From IMG/VR virus record IMGVR_UViG_3300031857_000010, positions 62,001 to 126,000 of that record: a stretch of 64,000 bases of DNA. The stretch is one strand, 5' to 3'. The notes beneath the pieces were generated by a model that did no database searches, was not told the origin of the DNA, and saw nothing but the letters and a program-made list of their open reading frames with translations. The translations under genes and the position numbers were made by a program. Positions 39,601 to 47,800 of this stretch are shown here, one piece after another. Position 1 is the stretch's first letter, and each line of letters begins with the position of its first letter.

Positions 39601-40061
39601 CAATTGTTAATTATAGAATCAACTCAATTCTATCAAATATTGTTAACTTCAGAATTGATATGTTCATTAAAAACAATGGAGATGTTCAAGAAATATTTTA
39701 TTTCAGTCCAGACAAAATAGATTCGCTTCCTTTATCTATGGGTTCTGGATCTCAGAAATTTGTTGGTAGTATAGCAATTACCGATGCATTACACTCTGTA
39801 AGCTGTTTGATGAAACCAAGTCTAAGGATTATAGATGAAGGTTTTGGTACGCTTGATGAAGATAAGACAGCAGACATTGGAAAGGTCTTTTCTTATTTAA
39901 GTAACAGATATAAAAATATTCTTATAATAACTCATAGAACAGAAATAAAAGATTTTGTAAATAACATTATACAAGTTACCAAATCTAATTCCGGGTTGAT
40001 TAAAGAACAGGTTGAGGCCAATCCTGATGCAGGAATTTCACAGTTTTCTATAACTTCATAA
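36630..40061 (+). CDS. Fused SbcD/Mre11 nuclease and SbcC/Rad50 ATPase (gp47-gp46-like)
   Basis: HIADLH, GDIFH, GNHD, GDIHEHQ; then GKNYSGKS, CPTC zinc hook, SMGSGSQ, IIDEGFGTLD, ILIITH, all in one ORF. Confidence 0.92.
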   Translation: MNNKIAHIADLHIRFGSRHQEYKTVFNRLIKDLKNEQPRRIVVAGDIFHLKINMSPTSIDIAGNLLRALSKIAPVDLIIGNHDFNQQDLTQGDAISPLIDLLENGFIVTKENPELIIPKDGNGVYFFKDSGLYEIEEDIIYGVYSLLDNEILTLTEKEKNKKYIALYHGPVYGCVNDNGYQLKGDELMKITAFNNFDIVILGDIHEHQSFERKNGDTAAYSGSLIQQNFGESIEKGYLIWDLNSNEFERKHIPNDYGYCKLNITKGEIVEERLQDLKFSLDKKKTRVYIEIEDDAENENVEKKSQVRKWIKDIHGCENVTVEFKPIIKDKVLESDEDDFSYENSESFEKLLIDYLNQNSYENIQDVIELSKEIDSKINLESNDKKGIEWDLNKMETFNIFSHPAQTNEFDFDKLNGITGIFGKNYSGKSNLIKALVWGLYEKILGGGDNHKVVNLYTGVNKSWVRIYITIAGIKYRIERGITVSSKRDGTTKAAYSVKYEYLSHDEDGEEIWINEDSDRAAKEKKEFKKLIIDSIGTFDDFTKISLQTQGGKDDYLSLQQQPKNDLIRKFFGLEVFDIKYEFANKIFNQIKSVQKQLGDPSEIEKQIEELKDKNSNDKIHLDSLQKDKDENDEQIEIHNSEILELTKKILQLEETTEKNITEVEQKIEKNNSEINKFSENINSLSDWTSKNFLKETPQEIAGLKSNDLENKIESIKTRFQKNKNLYLEFEKWIKENPKLTVEESKPYEDELDSKRKDKLNLDNDLKVSRGEKCPTCKQTTKQANPEVEQECIVKISSITSEINGLQEKINSIKSASTHNINFDGQKNKLDSLKISLQSDKNEMDSLKVNLEKLKQAETDILHNEEVKNKNRDLEDQKNKLKSFEDKNKDLKEQISKIKSNETKISSNSKIDNKIEALKQSIKEYKIVIHQLDNKIKDFSGTIKVNQNNIENLIDKLNQIKESVRIYAKYSVYLQAVSRDGIPAQIIKKKLPIVNYRINSILSNIVNFRIDMFIKNNGDVQEIFYFSPDKIDSLPLSMGSGSQKFVGSIAITDALHSVSCLMKPSLRIIDEGFGTLDEDKTADIGKVFSYLSNRYKNILIITHRTEIKDFVNNIIQVTKSNSGLIKEQVEANPDAGISQFSITS

Positions 40062-40063
40062 TA

Positions 40064-41479
40064 ATGGAAAAAACTAAAAACAAATATACAGAGGAACAAT
40101 TATCATTTATCAATGCTAATATAAAATCAAATATTATTTTAAGAGCAACCGCAGGTTCGGGAAAAACCTTTTCAGCAGTCGAAAGAGTAAGGTATTTAAT
40201 TTCACAAGGTGTAGATCCTTCAAAAATTTTATTTTTCTCTTACACTAAATCTGCTGTAGAAGAATTCAGATCAAGGCTTCAGAATGATGAAATTAAAATA
40301 ACTACAATCCATGCTTTTTGCCAAGGAATGTTGTCAAAAATGAAAAAGTTTAAAAAGGTAGTAGAGATATATGAATTTATTTCTTGGTATAAAGAAAAAA
40401 ATAGACCTAAGCCGAGTGCATCTAATGAGCTTAAAATTAAATTCTATGAATTATTAAACGATATGTATGAGAATGCACAATACATAAGTGCTGAAATAAC
40501 TTCATTCAAATTACAATCTGCAGAGGGCATTAAGTGTAAAAAACCAAATTTTATAGATGAATATAATAAATTCAAAAAGGAAACTAAAACCAGAGATTTT
40601 TCAGATATGTTGATTGAGATAAGGGATCTGTTAAAGGAAAATAAATGGCTCGTGATGTTTAGGAATAAATATGATTATATTCTCATAGATGAATTTCAAG
40701 ATACCTCTGCAATTCAAATGGATATATTACTAAAATTGAATGCAAAATACTATACACTCATAGGAGATATAGGTCAATCTATTTTTGGTTATAGTGGTGC
40801 TAATGCTTTCAGGGTAATGGATATGTTGAAAAAAAGAAGACAGGTTGATGAAATGACACTTAGTATAAATTTCAGAAGTTCAATTTCAATTGTAGAAAAT
40901 TCAAATAATTATTCGACATTAAAAGCTATACCATCTAAAACAGAACAAGGTGTTGTTAATAAAAAAATTATGAAATTTGAAAATTTCATGAAAATGATAG
41001 ATAATTACAGTGAGATTGTAATTTTGTGTAGAACTAATAATGTAATCAAAGAAATAGAAAGGGAGTTTTTAGTTAAGAAATATCCCATGAATTATAAAAA
41101 TTATTTTTCTGAATCTGAGATAGAGGGGATAAAAAAAGGTAATATAAGTGTAACTACACAAAATAAAATAACTTATGTTTTGCCGGTTTTTGGAAATGTA
41201 GAAAATATTATTAATTTTATAGAATCTAATAGAGAAAGTAGGAAATTTTTATTGACTATACACAAATCTAAAGGGTTGGAATTTGATAATTGTGTAGTCG
41301 TCAATTGTTTTGCTCCAGATCTATTGGAATTTAACAACGTAAAAAACCTAACAGACGAACAAAAGAAAAAATATTCTTTTGATCCTGATGATGAAGAAGA
41401 TTTTGAATCAAAAAATGTTTTTTACGTTGCCATAACCAGACCAAAAAATTCTTTACACTTCATGGCATATAAAATCTAA
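40064..41479 (+). CDS. UvrD/Rep-like SF1 helicase
   Basis: ATAGSGKT, TIHAFC, LIDEFQDTS, IGDIGQSIFG, NFRS, TIHKSKGLEF, YVAITR. Confidence 0.93.
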   Translation: MEKTKNKYTEEQLSFINANIKSNIILRATAGSGKTFSAVERVRYLISQGVDPSKILFFSYTKSAVEEFRSRLQNDEIKITTIHAFCQGMLSKMKKFKKVVEIYEFISWYKEKNRPKPSASNELKIKFYELLNDMYENAQYISAEITSFKLQSAEGIKCKKPNFIDEYNKFKKETKTRDFSDMLIEIRDLLKENKWLVMFRNKYDYILIDEFQDTSAIQMDILLKLNAKYYTLIGDIGQSIFGYSGANAFRVMDMLKKRRQVDEMTLSINFRSSISIVENSNNYSTLKAIPSKTEQGVVNKKIMKFENFMKMIDNYSEIVILCRTNNVIKEIEREFLVKKYPMNYKNYFSESEIEGIKKGNISVTTQNKITYVLPVFGNVENIINFIESNRESRKFLLTIHKSKGLEFDNCVVVNCFAPDLLEFNNVKNLTDEQKKKYSFDPDDEEDFESKNVFYVAITRPKNSLHFMAYKI

Positions 41480-41483
41480 TAAA

Positions 41484-41717
41484 ATGGAACACAAAGTCGA
41501 ATTTAAAAATCTTATAGATAATTTTTTAGAGAAACATTCTCCATTCAAGATAAATGATTTGGTGTTTGTAAAATCTTTTGGACCTAGTAAAAGACCATAT
41601 CAAGTTACTAAAGTTTCCGTTAGCGAAGATGGAGAAATTTACTATCAATTAACTTCTCCAAGAAGCCATTCTTCATTACCTAATAGATTCAAAATCAGTG
41701 ATTTAGAAAGATTTTGA
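41484..41717 (+). CDS. Hypothetical protein
   Basis: 77-aa ORF in operon. Confidence 0.6.
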   Translation: MEHKVEFKNLIDNFLEKHSPFKINDLVFVKSFGPSKRPYQVTKVSVSEDGEIYYQLTSPRSHSSLPNRFKISDLERF

Positions 41718-41804
41718 TTATAGGAAAATCCTATTAAATATATTAGTTGTAACTTTGGAAACGAGTATTTCGTTTAAATACAAAAAACTCCAAAAAACAC
41801 CATC

Positions 41805-42653
41805 ATGTCTAAGAAATTGGATAAAAATGTTGATTCTGTTCCTGACACCATCTTTCAAGTTAAAGAAATGGGCAAGAGAATCAAATTTATATTAAAACAG
41901 GAAAATCTTTATCAGAACCGTGAAGATGTAAATGGTTATTTATGTGGAAAAATATCTGAGGACAATCCTGTTTTCAGTATTAAATTGAATGACCCATCTA
42001 AAATAAAATTTATTATAGATTTACTTACTAAAAAATACAATTACATAACTGAGGTTGGTGGTGAAAATGATGAATTAATAATTAAAAACAAATCTATTTT
42101 AGATCCCTCTGACATTGAAATAGATGGTGAGATACAAAAAGAGATAAAAGAAAGTTTCGATCATTTTGATGAAGAGCAAGATGATGATCCAAAATTAAAT
42201 TTGTTGAGGTCTCGATATAAGAGAATAATTGGAGCTATACGCAGTAATTTTCCTATGAGTTACGGCTTCAATCAAAACAGTCCTAATGGATACAAGGCCA
42301 GTAGGATTAAAAATGCTGATCAGAAATCATTTATGATGCAATTTCCCACATCAGAATTTACTGATTCGGTTAGTCATTTTCTATACAAGAATGGTCACAA
42401 GGCAATTAAAACAGATTCCAACACTTTAGAAATATTTGTTGTTGATGTGCCGGAGGAAAGTCCAATATTGAAAAATTTAGTAGATCAAGATTTCTCTCCT
42501 GAACAACTTGTTAAAATTTGGGATTTGTTAAACACAAATGGATTGGTATTGGTCGATGTAAATAATCAATTTTCTACCTTGGATCTTTTTAATGGTAAGG
42601 GTCTTCCACAAATCAATAAAGAAGAATTTATAAAAATAATTAAAAACCAATAA
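41805..42653 (+). CDS. Hypothetical protein
   Basis: 282-aa ORF. Confidence 0.7.
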   Translation: MSKKLDKNVDSVPDTIFQVKEMGKRIKFILKQENLYQNREDVNGYLCGKISEDNPVFSIKLNDPSKIKFIIDLLTKKYNYITEVGGENDELIIKNKSILDPSDIEIDGEIQKEIKESFDHFDEEQDDDPKLNLLRSRYKRIIGAIRSNFPMSYGFNQNSPNGYKASRIKNADQKSFMMQFPTSEFTDSVSHFLYKNGHKAIKTDSNTLEIFVVDVPEESPILKNLVDQDFSPEQLVKIWDLLNTNGLVLVDVNNQFSTLDLFNGKGLPQINKEEFIKIIKNQ

Positions 42654-42658
42654 GACAC

Positions 42659-43153
42659 ATGAAAGAATTACCATTATCAAATGGGCAGGTAGCTTTAGTA
42701 GATGAGAATGACTATTACAAGTTGTTAAAATACAAATGGGTGGCAACATCATTTTATACTGGAAGGTATTATGCCAGAAATCAAAAGTATGGACTTTTGC
42801 ATAAGTTTATTATGAAAGATGATCCTAACGAAGTTTTCAACATAACATTTAAAAATGGCAATACCTTAGATTGTCGTAGAGAAAACATGGTTAAAACAAA
42901 CGTTAAAATAGTGTCTCCTGAAATGCAGATTATCAAAAAAGACGCACAGCTTGGACTTTTTAATCCTGAAAAAACATCTGATGATAAGGTAAAAAACATC
43001 ATTTCAGATAATTCTAGTGGTGTCAAAGAAAAAATTGTTTTTGAAGCTAAGTACATCAGTCCTGAGGGTCGTGTTTTTAATTTTGGAACATATGAAACCA
43101 AAGAAGAGGCTCAAGAGAACTATGACAGGATGATAAAAATGATCCCTAGGTAA
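42659..43153 (+). CDS. Degenerate HNH-AP2 endonuclease-like protein
   Basis: MKELPLSNGQVALVD..DY..L.KYKW, LHKFIM, KNGNTLDCRRENM, and AP2-like FGTYETKEEA. Confidence 0.7.
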   Translation: MKELPLSNGQVALVDENDYYKLLKYKWVATSFYTGRYYARNQKYGLLHKFIMKDDPNEVFNITFKNGNTLDCRRENMVKTNVKIVSPEMQIIKKDAQLGLFNPEKTSDDKVKNIISDNSSGVKEKIVFEAKYISPEGRVFNFGTYETKEEAQENYDRMIKMIPR

Positions 43154-43176
43154 TAAAACATTATTTTTAAAATAAT

Positions 43177-43207
43177 AAAGGTGAACTTTGATAGTTCACC
43201 TTTTTTT
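43177..43207. terminator. Bidirectional intrinsic terminator
   Basis: AAAGGTGAACT-TTGAT-AGTTCACCTTT plus T tract, between convergent genes. Confidence 0.85.
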
Positions 43208-43634
43208 ATTTCATTTTATTTATAATCTTTTTAAGGTCATCGCCTCTTGTTTCAAACATCAATTTACATGCTGGTAACAAATCTTCCGGTAATTCATCTA
43301 AGGAAAACCACCCATAATCAGTATTTTCTTCATTAAGGATGGGTACAAACTTGTTATCAAAAAACCCTATGTAAGTGTAAAATTTAAGGTATTTATTTTC
43401 GTTTATAAAGAATGGGAGTTTGCTGAGTTGATAAGAGGTGTCTGGTTGAACTTCTTCCTTAAATTCTCTTATCGCTGCCACTCTAGTATTTTCATCTTCT
43501 GGATCTTTTTTACCTCCTACAACTGCCCATTTATTGGGGTTGGGTACTAAATTGCTTCTTTTAATAAGTAAAATTTCACCTGTATTCTTATCTACGGCTA
43601 ATATTCCGGCAGCTATTAACTTTTTGTTGTTCAT
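43206..43634 (-). CDS. NUDIX hydrolase
   Basis: Nudix box GGKKDPEDENTRVAAIREFKEE. Confidence 0.88.
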   Translation of the reverse strand: MNNKKLIAAGILAVDKNTGEILLIKRSNLVPNPNKWAVVGGKKDPEDENTRVAAIREFKEEVQPDTSYQLSKLPFFINENKYLKFYTYIGFFDNKFVPILNEENTDYGWFSLDELPEDLLPACKLMFETRGDDLKKIINKMK

Positions 43635-43702
43635 AACAATAAATATATCGTATTTATGTAAATTTTATAATTTTTAAATATGTTTGTCAAAAATATTTAT
43701 TA

Positions 43703-44125
43703 ATGGAAAAAACTAAAGAGATTTTAATCAAATTATATTTGAATTTTTCAGAAAATGAATTTTCGAATTTTGGTGATGATTTATTTAATCAATCAGATTT
43801 AAGATCCGCTATTTGTGAAGTTCTGGATAATCAGGAAATTTTTATTATTGATTTAGCTGTTTACATAAATCAAATAAAGAAGAAAATTGATTATGAAGAG
43901 GATGATAAAGCGTATATGAAAAAATTACGTTCACTATGGGATAGTTTTTCTGTAAATGATTTATATGATTTAAAAGATAAGTGTGATAATAATTCCATAA
44001 AAAATATCATACAAAAAATGATAATTCTTAAAAATGCTTTCAAAAAATTTAATCAAGAAGTTGTAGATATAGATTATGAAGATTACTTTTATGAACAAAA
44101 TAAATTAATCAATTTAATTCTATGA
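43703..44125 (+). CDS. Hypothetical protein
   Basis: 140-aa ORF. Confidence 0.65.
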   Translation: MEKTKEILIKLYLNFSENEFSNFGDDLFNQSDLRSAICEVLDNQEIFIIDLAVYINQIKKKIDYEEDDKAYMKKLRSLWDSFSVNDLYDLKDKCDNNSIKNIIQKMIILKNAFKKFNQEVVDIDYEDYFYEQNKLINLIL

Positions 44126-44418
44126 ACGAAAAAACTTATCCGAAAATTTATAGAGATAAGCTAAATAGAATTAATTACATACTACAAAACGAGTTTCAAA
44201 AAATTATCTATACATTTTATGGAGAAACAAAAAACATAAAAATTAAATATGTTTATTTCAGGAAAAATGTATATTTTGATGCTTTCTCAAAATCTGGACA
44301 CTTGATATTTTCTACATTCGAAGATAATTACAGTTCCACAGTTGAAAAAAAATATGATGGAACAATAAGTTTTATCATTCATCCAGAAAAAATTAAAATC
44401 ATAAACCAAATAAAATAA
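44122..44418 (+). CDS. Hypothetical protein
   Basis: 98-aa ORF, ATGA-coupled to the previous gene. Confidence 0.6.
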   Translation: MNEKTYPKIYRDKLNRINYILQNEFQKIIYTFYGETKNIKIKYVYFRKNVYFDAFSKSGHLIFSTFEDNYSSTVEKKYDGTISFIIHPEKIKIINQIK

Positions 44419-44419
44419 T

Positions 44420-44845
44420 ATGTTAATCAAAATTAAAAAATTAGACCCCAACGCAATTATTCCAAGTTATGCTAAAATGGGTGATGCAGGAATGGATTTG
44501 ACTGCATTATCTTTAACTGTAGATCCCAATGGATTCTATACTGAGTATGGAACTGGATTAGCGATTGAAATTCCTGATGGTTATGCTGGATTTATTTTTC
44601 CTCGAAGCTCTGCAAGTAAAACTTCTCAAATTCAAGCTAATTGTGTTGGTGTAATAGATTCGGGTTATCGTGGTGAGATTAAAGTAAGATTGAAAGAACT
44701 TGGTAATCCTCGGAAATTATATCAAATAGGTGATAGAATTGCTCAAATAATTATTATGCCTGTTCCAAATGTAATTTTTGAAGAGGTTGATGAATTGAAT
44801 ACTACTGATAGAGGAGAAGGTGGTTTTGGTAGCACAGGCAACTAA
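44420..44845 (+). CDS. dut: dUTPase (trimeric)
   Basis: AGMDL, PRSS, GVIDSGYRGEI, RIAQII, RGEGGFGSTG. Confidence 0.97.
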   Translation: MLIKIKKLDPNAIIPSYAKMGDAGMDLTALSLTVDPNGFYTEYGTGLAIEIPDGYAGFIFPRSSASKTSQIQANCVGVIDSGYRGEIKVRLKELGNPRKLYQIGDRIAQIIIMPVPNVIFEEVDELNTTDRGEGGFGSTGN

Positions 44846-44889
44846 ACTACAAATTTCAAAATATTAATTTAAATTTAAAAATAAAAAAT

Positions 44890-46230
44890 ATGGCTATAGA
44901 AGATTTGGATGACTCTAAATTATTATTTCCTTCTGATGGGAATAACAATAAAAAAAATAGATCAAACACTCCGCTGTTAGATAATTTTGGAAAAGATATT
45001 ACAAAATTAGCTGCTTCTGGAAAAATTGAACCTGCAGTAGGAAGAGAAAATGAAGTAGATAGAATTATTCAAATTTTAAGTAGAAAGAAAAAGAATAATC
45101 CTGTATTAGTTGGTCAACCCGGTGTAGGTAAAACTGCGATTGTAGAATCTCTTGCAAATAAAATAGTTGATAAAAAGGTTAGTGTTGTTCTTCATGATAA
45201 AAGAATAGTAAGCTTAGATATTTCACTCATAGTTGCCGGAACAAAATACAGAGGTCAGTTTGAGGAAAGGATGAAAGCAATTATGGATGAAATTGAAAAT
45301 AATCCTAACATTATTTTATTTATTGATGAATTACACACCATAATTGGTGCTGGTAATTCTGCTGGATCTTTAGATGTTTCTAATATTATAAAACCTGCTC
45401 TTGCAAGAGGTACAATGCAAATTATAGGTGCTACAACAATTGAAGAATATAAAAAATCGATTGAAAAAGATGGGGCTATGGAAAGAAGGTTTCAAAAAGT
45501 AATGATTGAGGAACCCTCTATTGAAGAAACTAAAACTATTCTTAATAACATTAAAGGAATTTATGAGGATTTTCATAATGTTACTTTTGATGCCGAAGCA
45601 ATAACATCTGCAGTAGATTATTCTGTTAGATATATTACCAATAGATTTTTACCAGATAAAGCGATCGATATTATTGATGAAGCAGGTGCTAGATTACATT
45701 TGGATAATCTCCACTTACCAGTAGAATTAGAAGTTCTTGAAAATAAATTGAATGATCTTAAGAACGAAAAAAACGAAGTAATAAAATCTCAAAAATATGA
45801 GCAAGCTGCTAAGATCAGAGACAAGGAGAGAGATTTAATAAAAGAAATAGAGATTTTTAAATACAACTGGCAAAATCAACAAAAAACCAAAAGGGTTCCT
45901 GTCACAGAACATGATATTGCGAGAGTCGTTTCAAAAATGATTGGAATTCCGGTAACTCAAATCACAGAAAGTGAAGGTGTTCGTCTAATGAAAATGGGTG
46001 AAGAGTTGAAAAAAAGGGTTATTGGACAGGATGAAGCAATTGAAAAAATATCCGAATCTATTCAGCGATCAAGATCTGGATTGAGTAATCCAAAAAAACC
46101 TATTGCAAGTTTTTTGTTTCTTGGTTCAACTGGTATTGGTAAGTGTTTAGGAAAAAATACAGAAATAACAATAATGGCTGATGATATTTTAATAAATAAA
46201 ATATTAGAAAACAGAAAAAACAAAAATTAA
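44890..46230 (+). CDS. clpC: ClpC-type AAA+ ATPase, N-half (NBD1, UVR M-domain, start of NBD2), fused to a split-intein N-part
   Basis: GRENEV, NNPVLVGQPGVGKT, LFIDELH, RFLPDKAIDIIDEA, KYEQAAKIRD; ends FLFLGSTGIGK-CLGKNTEI. Confidence 0.93.
   Translation: MAIEDLDDSKLLFPSDGNNNKKNRSNTPLLDNFGKDITKLAASGKIEPAVGRENEVDRIIQILSRKKKNNPVLVGQPGVGKTAIVESLANKIVDKKVSVVLHDKRIVSLDISLIVAGTKYRGQFEERMKAIMDEIENNPNIILFIDELHTIIGAGNSAGSLDVSNIIKPALARGTMQIIGATTIEEYKKSIEKDGAMERRFQKVMIEEPSIEETKTILNNIKGIYEDFHNVTFDAEAITSAVDYSVRYITNRFLPDKAIDIIDEAGARLHLDNLHLPVELEVLENKLNDLKNEKNEVIKSQKYEQAAKIRDKERDLIKEIEIFKYNWQNQQKTKRVPVTEHDIARVVSKMIGIPVTQITESEGVRLMKMGEELKKRVIGQDEAIEKISESIQRSRSGLSNPKKPIASFLFLGSTGIGKCLGKNTEITIMADDILINKILENRKNKN
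46144..46227 (+). mobile_element. Split intein N-fragment (28 aa)
   Basis: CLGKNTEITIM block A begins directly after the Walker A GK and is followed by a stop codon. Confidence 0.85.
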
Positions 46231-46235
46231 CACTA

Positions 46236-46282
46236 TTTAGGTTTAACAGGGATAGGAAAATTAGTATCCCTGTATTCCTAAA
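46236..46282 (+). promoter_or_regulatory. RNA hairpin covering the endonuclease translation start region
   Basis: ACAGGGATA/TATCCCTGT 9-bp stem, plus an outer TTTAGG/CCTAAA pairing that reaches the A of the ATG. Confidence 0.5.
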
Positions 46283-47379
46283 TGATAATTAAAAGTAGAA
46301 AAAAAGTATTGTTCAATATCGAATCAATAGAAGAGTTTGAAAAATATTTAAGTAAAGAGATTAAGAATTTCAAAAATTTAAATAATTTAGAAAAAGGACA
46401 AAGAGAAAATCTTATAGTTGCTCTTTCAGAAAAAAATGAAATAGGTATAAAAAAATTCAGAAATATATTTGTAAAAAATTATATTAATTGTAAAACACTT
46501 TTTAATAAAAAATATTGGTTAGAAAGGGGTTATTCTCACGAAGAGGCAGTTAGTGAAATTTTTAAAATTCAAAAAATTAACAACATAAAAGCGGTTGAAG
46601 TAATGCAAGATTTAAAAAAATATGATCTTAATAATTACAAAAAAAAAAGAAATATCTATGTTGAGTATTGGATAGAAAAAGGATTCACTATTGAAGAAGC
46701 AAAAATAAAATTAAAAGAAAGACAATCAACTTTTTCACTTGAAAAACTTAAATTAAAATATGGCGAGAAAGAAGGTTTAATCAAATTCAATCAACGTAAT
46801 GATAAGTGGCAAAATAGTCTTTATAGTAAAATGACTTTTGAACAAAAAAATGAATTTGAAAAAAGCAAGTGTATAACCAAAGATAAAATGGTTTCTAAGT
46901 ACGGTGAAAAATTGGCTACAGAAAAATGGGAAAATTATATTAAGACTCACTCAAATATGTGGAATGCGTCTGGTATATCAAAAAAATACATTGATGAAAT
47001 TCTATCTATTATTGGACCTGATGAAATTGAAACTGAAACCATATTTTACGGTTCAGATATAAAAAGTGAATTTTACCTATATGACAAAGAAACGATGTCT
47101 TTGTATTGGTATGATCTCACTTTTTTTGATAGAAAAAAAATAATAGAATTTGACGGTATTCACGTACATCCGGATCCAAATGCTCTTGAAAATGAACGTT
47201 TAAATTGGAAACAAGCGTACACAAATAAAAGTTATGAAGAAGCTTTGTCAAAAGATATAGCTAAAGAACAATTTGCAATAAAAAATGGTTTTGAAGTACT
47301 TAGAATTAGATTACCAAAACATTCAACAAATACAATAAAAGAGTCTATTGATAAATGCATAAAATTTATAAAAAAATAA
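46282..47379 (+). CDS. Free-standing Vsr-like/PD-(D/E)XK homing endonuclease
   Basis: C-terminal YDL....KIIEFDGIHVH...K...A.KNGFEVLRI; N-terminal YW.E.G..EEA and KYGE repeats. Confidence 0.7.
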   Translation: MIIKSRKKVLFNIESIEEFEKYLSKEIKNFKNLNNLEKGQRENLIVALSEKNEIGIKKFRNIFVKNYINCKTLFNKKYWLERGYSHEEAVSEIFKIQKINNIKAVEVMQDLKKYDLNNYKKKRNIYVEYWIEKGFTIEEAKIKLKERQSTFSLEKLKLKYGEKEGLIKFNQRNDKWQNSLYSKMTFEQKNEFEKSKCITKDKMVSKYGEKLATEKWENYIKTHSNMWNASGISKKYIDEILSIIGPDEIETETIFYGSDIKSEFYLYDKETMSLYWYDLTFFDRKKIIEFDGIHVHPDPNALENERLNWKQAYTNKSYEEALSKDIAKEQFAIKNGFEVLRIRLPKHSTNTIKESIDKCIKFIKK

Positions 47380-47383
47380 TAAA

Positions 47384-47800
47384 ATGATTGAATTAAAAGT
47401 AAAAATAGAAGAGATATTCGAAGCAGTTTCTCAATTAGAAGCTCAAGAATTTATTCCAGAAAAAGAGATTTTTCAAAAATCTAAAATAATGGTCAAAAAC
47501 GAATTTGGTAAATGGATAAATGTTTTAGGTATGATCACAAAAAAAGATCAAGTTCGTGAAATTAAATTTTCTGATGGAAGCTTCTGTGTAGTTGCAGATA
47601 ATCACAAAATACGTAAAGAAAAGAATGAATGTTGTTTAGTTTCTAATTTGTTGATCGGAGATTTTGTTGAAAAGGCAGATGAAAGTAAAATTTCTGTAAT
47701 TAGCAACAATTTAACAGGTGAAATTGAAACTGTTTTTGATATGCACGTTGATTCTGAAACTCATTTATATCAAACAGAAAATGGAATTGTACATCACAAC
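47384..47800 (+). mobile_element. Split intein C-fragment (139 aa)
   Basis: Block B VADNH, block F TVFDMHV, block G GIVHHN, +1 Thr. Confidence 0.88.

Noticed and set aside
46231-47383. Group I intron or ribosomal bypass joining the clpC halves
   Set aside because: I saw no recognisable group I core, and the non-coding flanks are only about 51 and 4 nt. The gap is far too long for bypassing. Intein termini on both halves explain the join. RT-PCR would still settle it.
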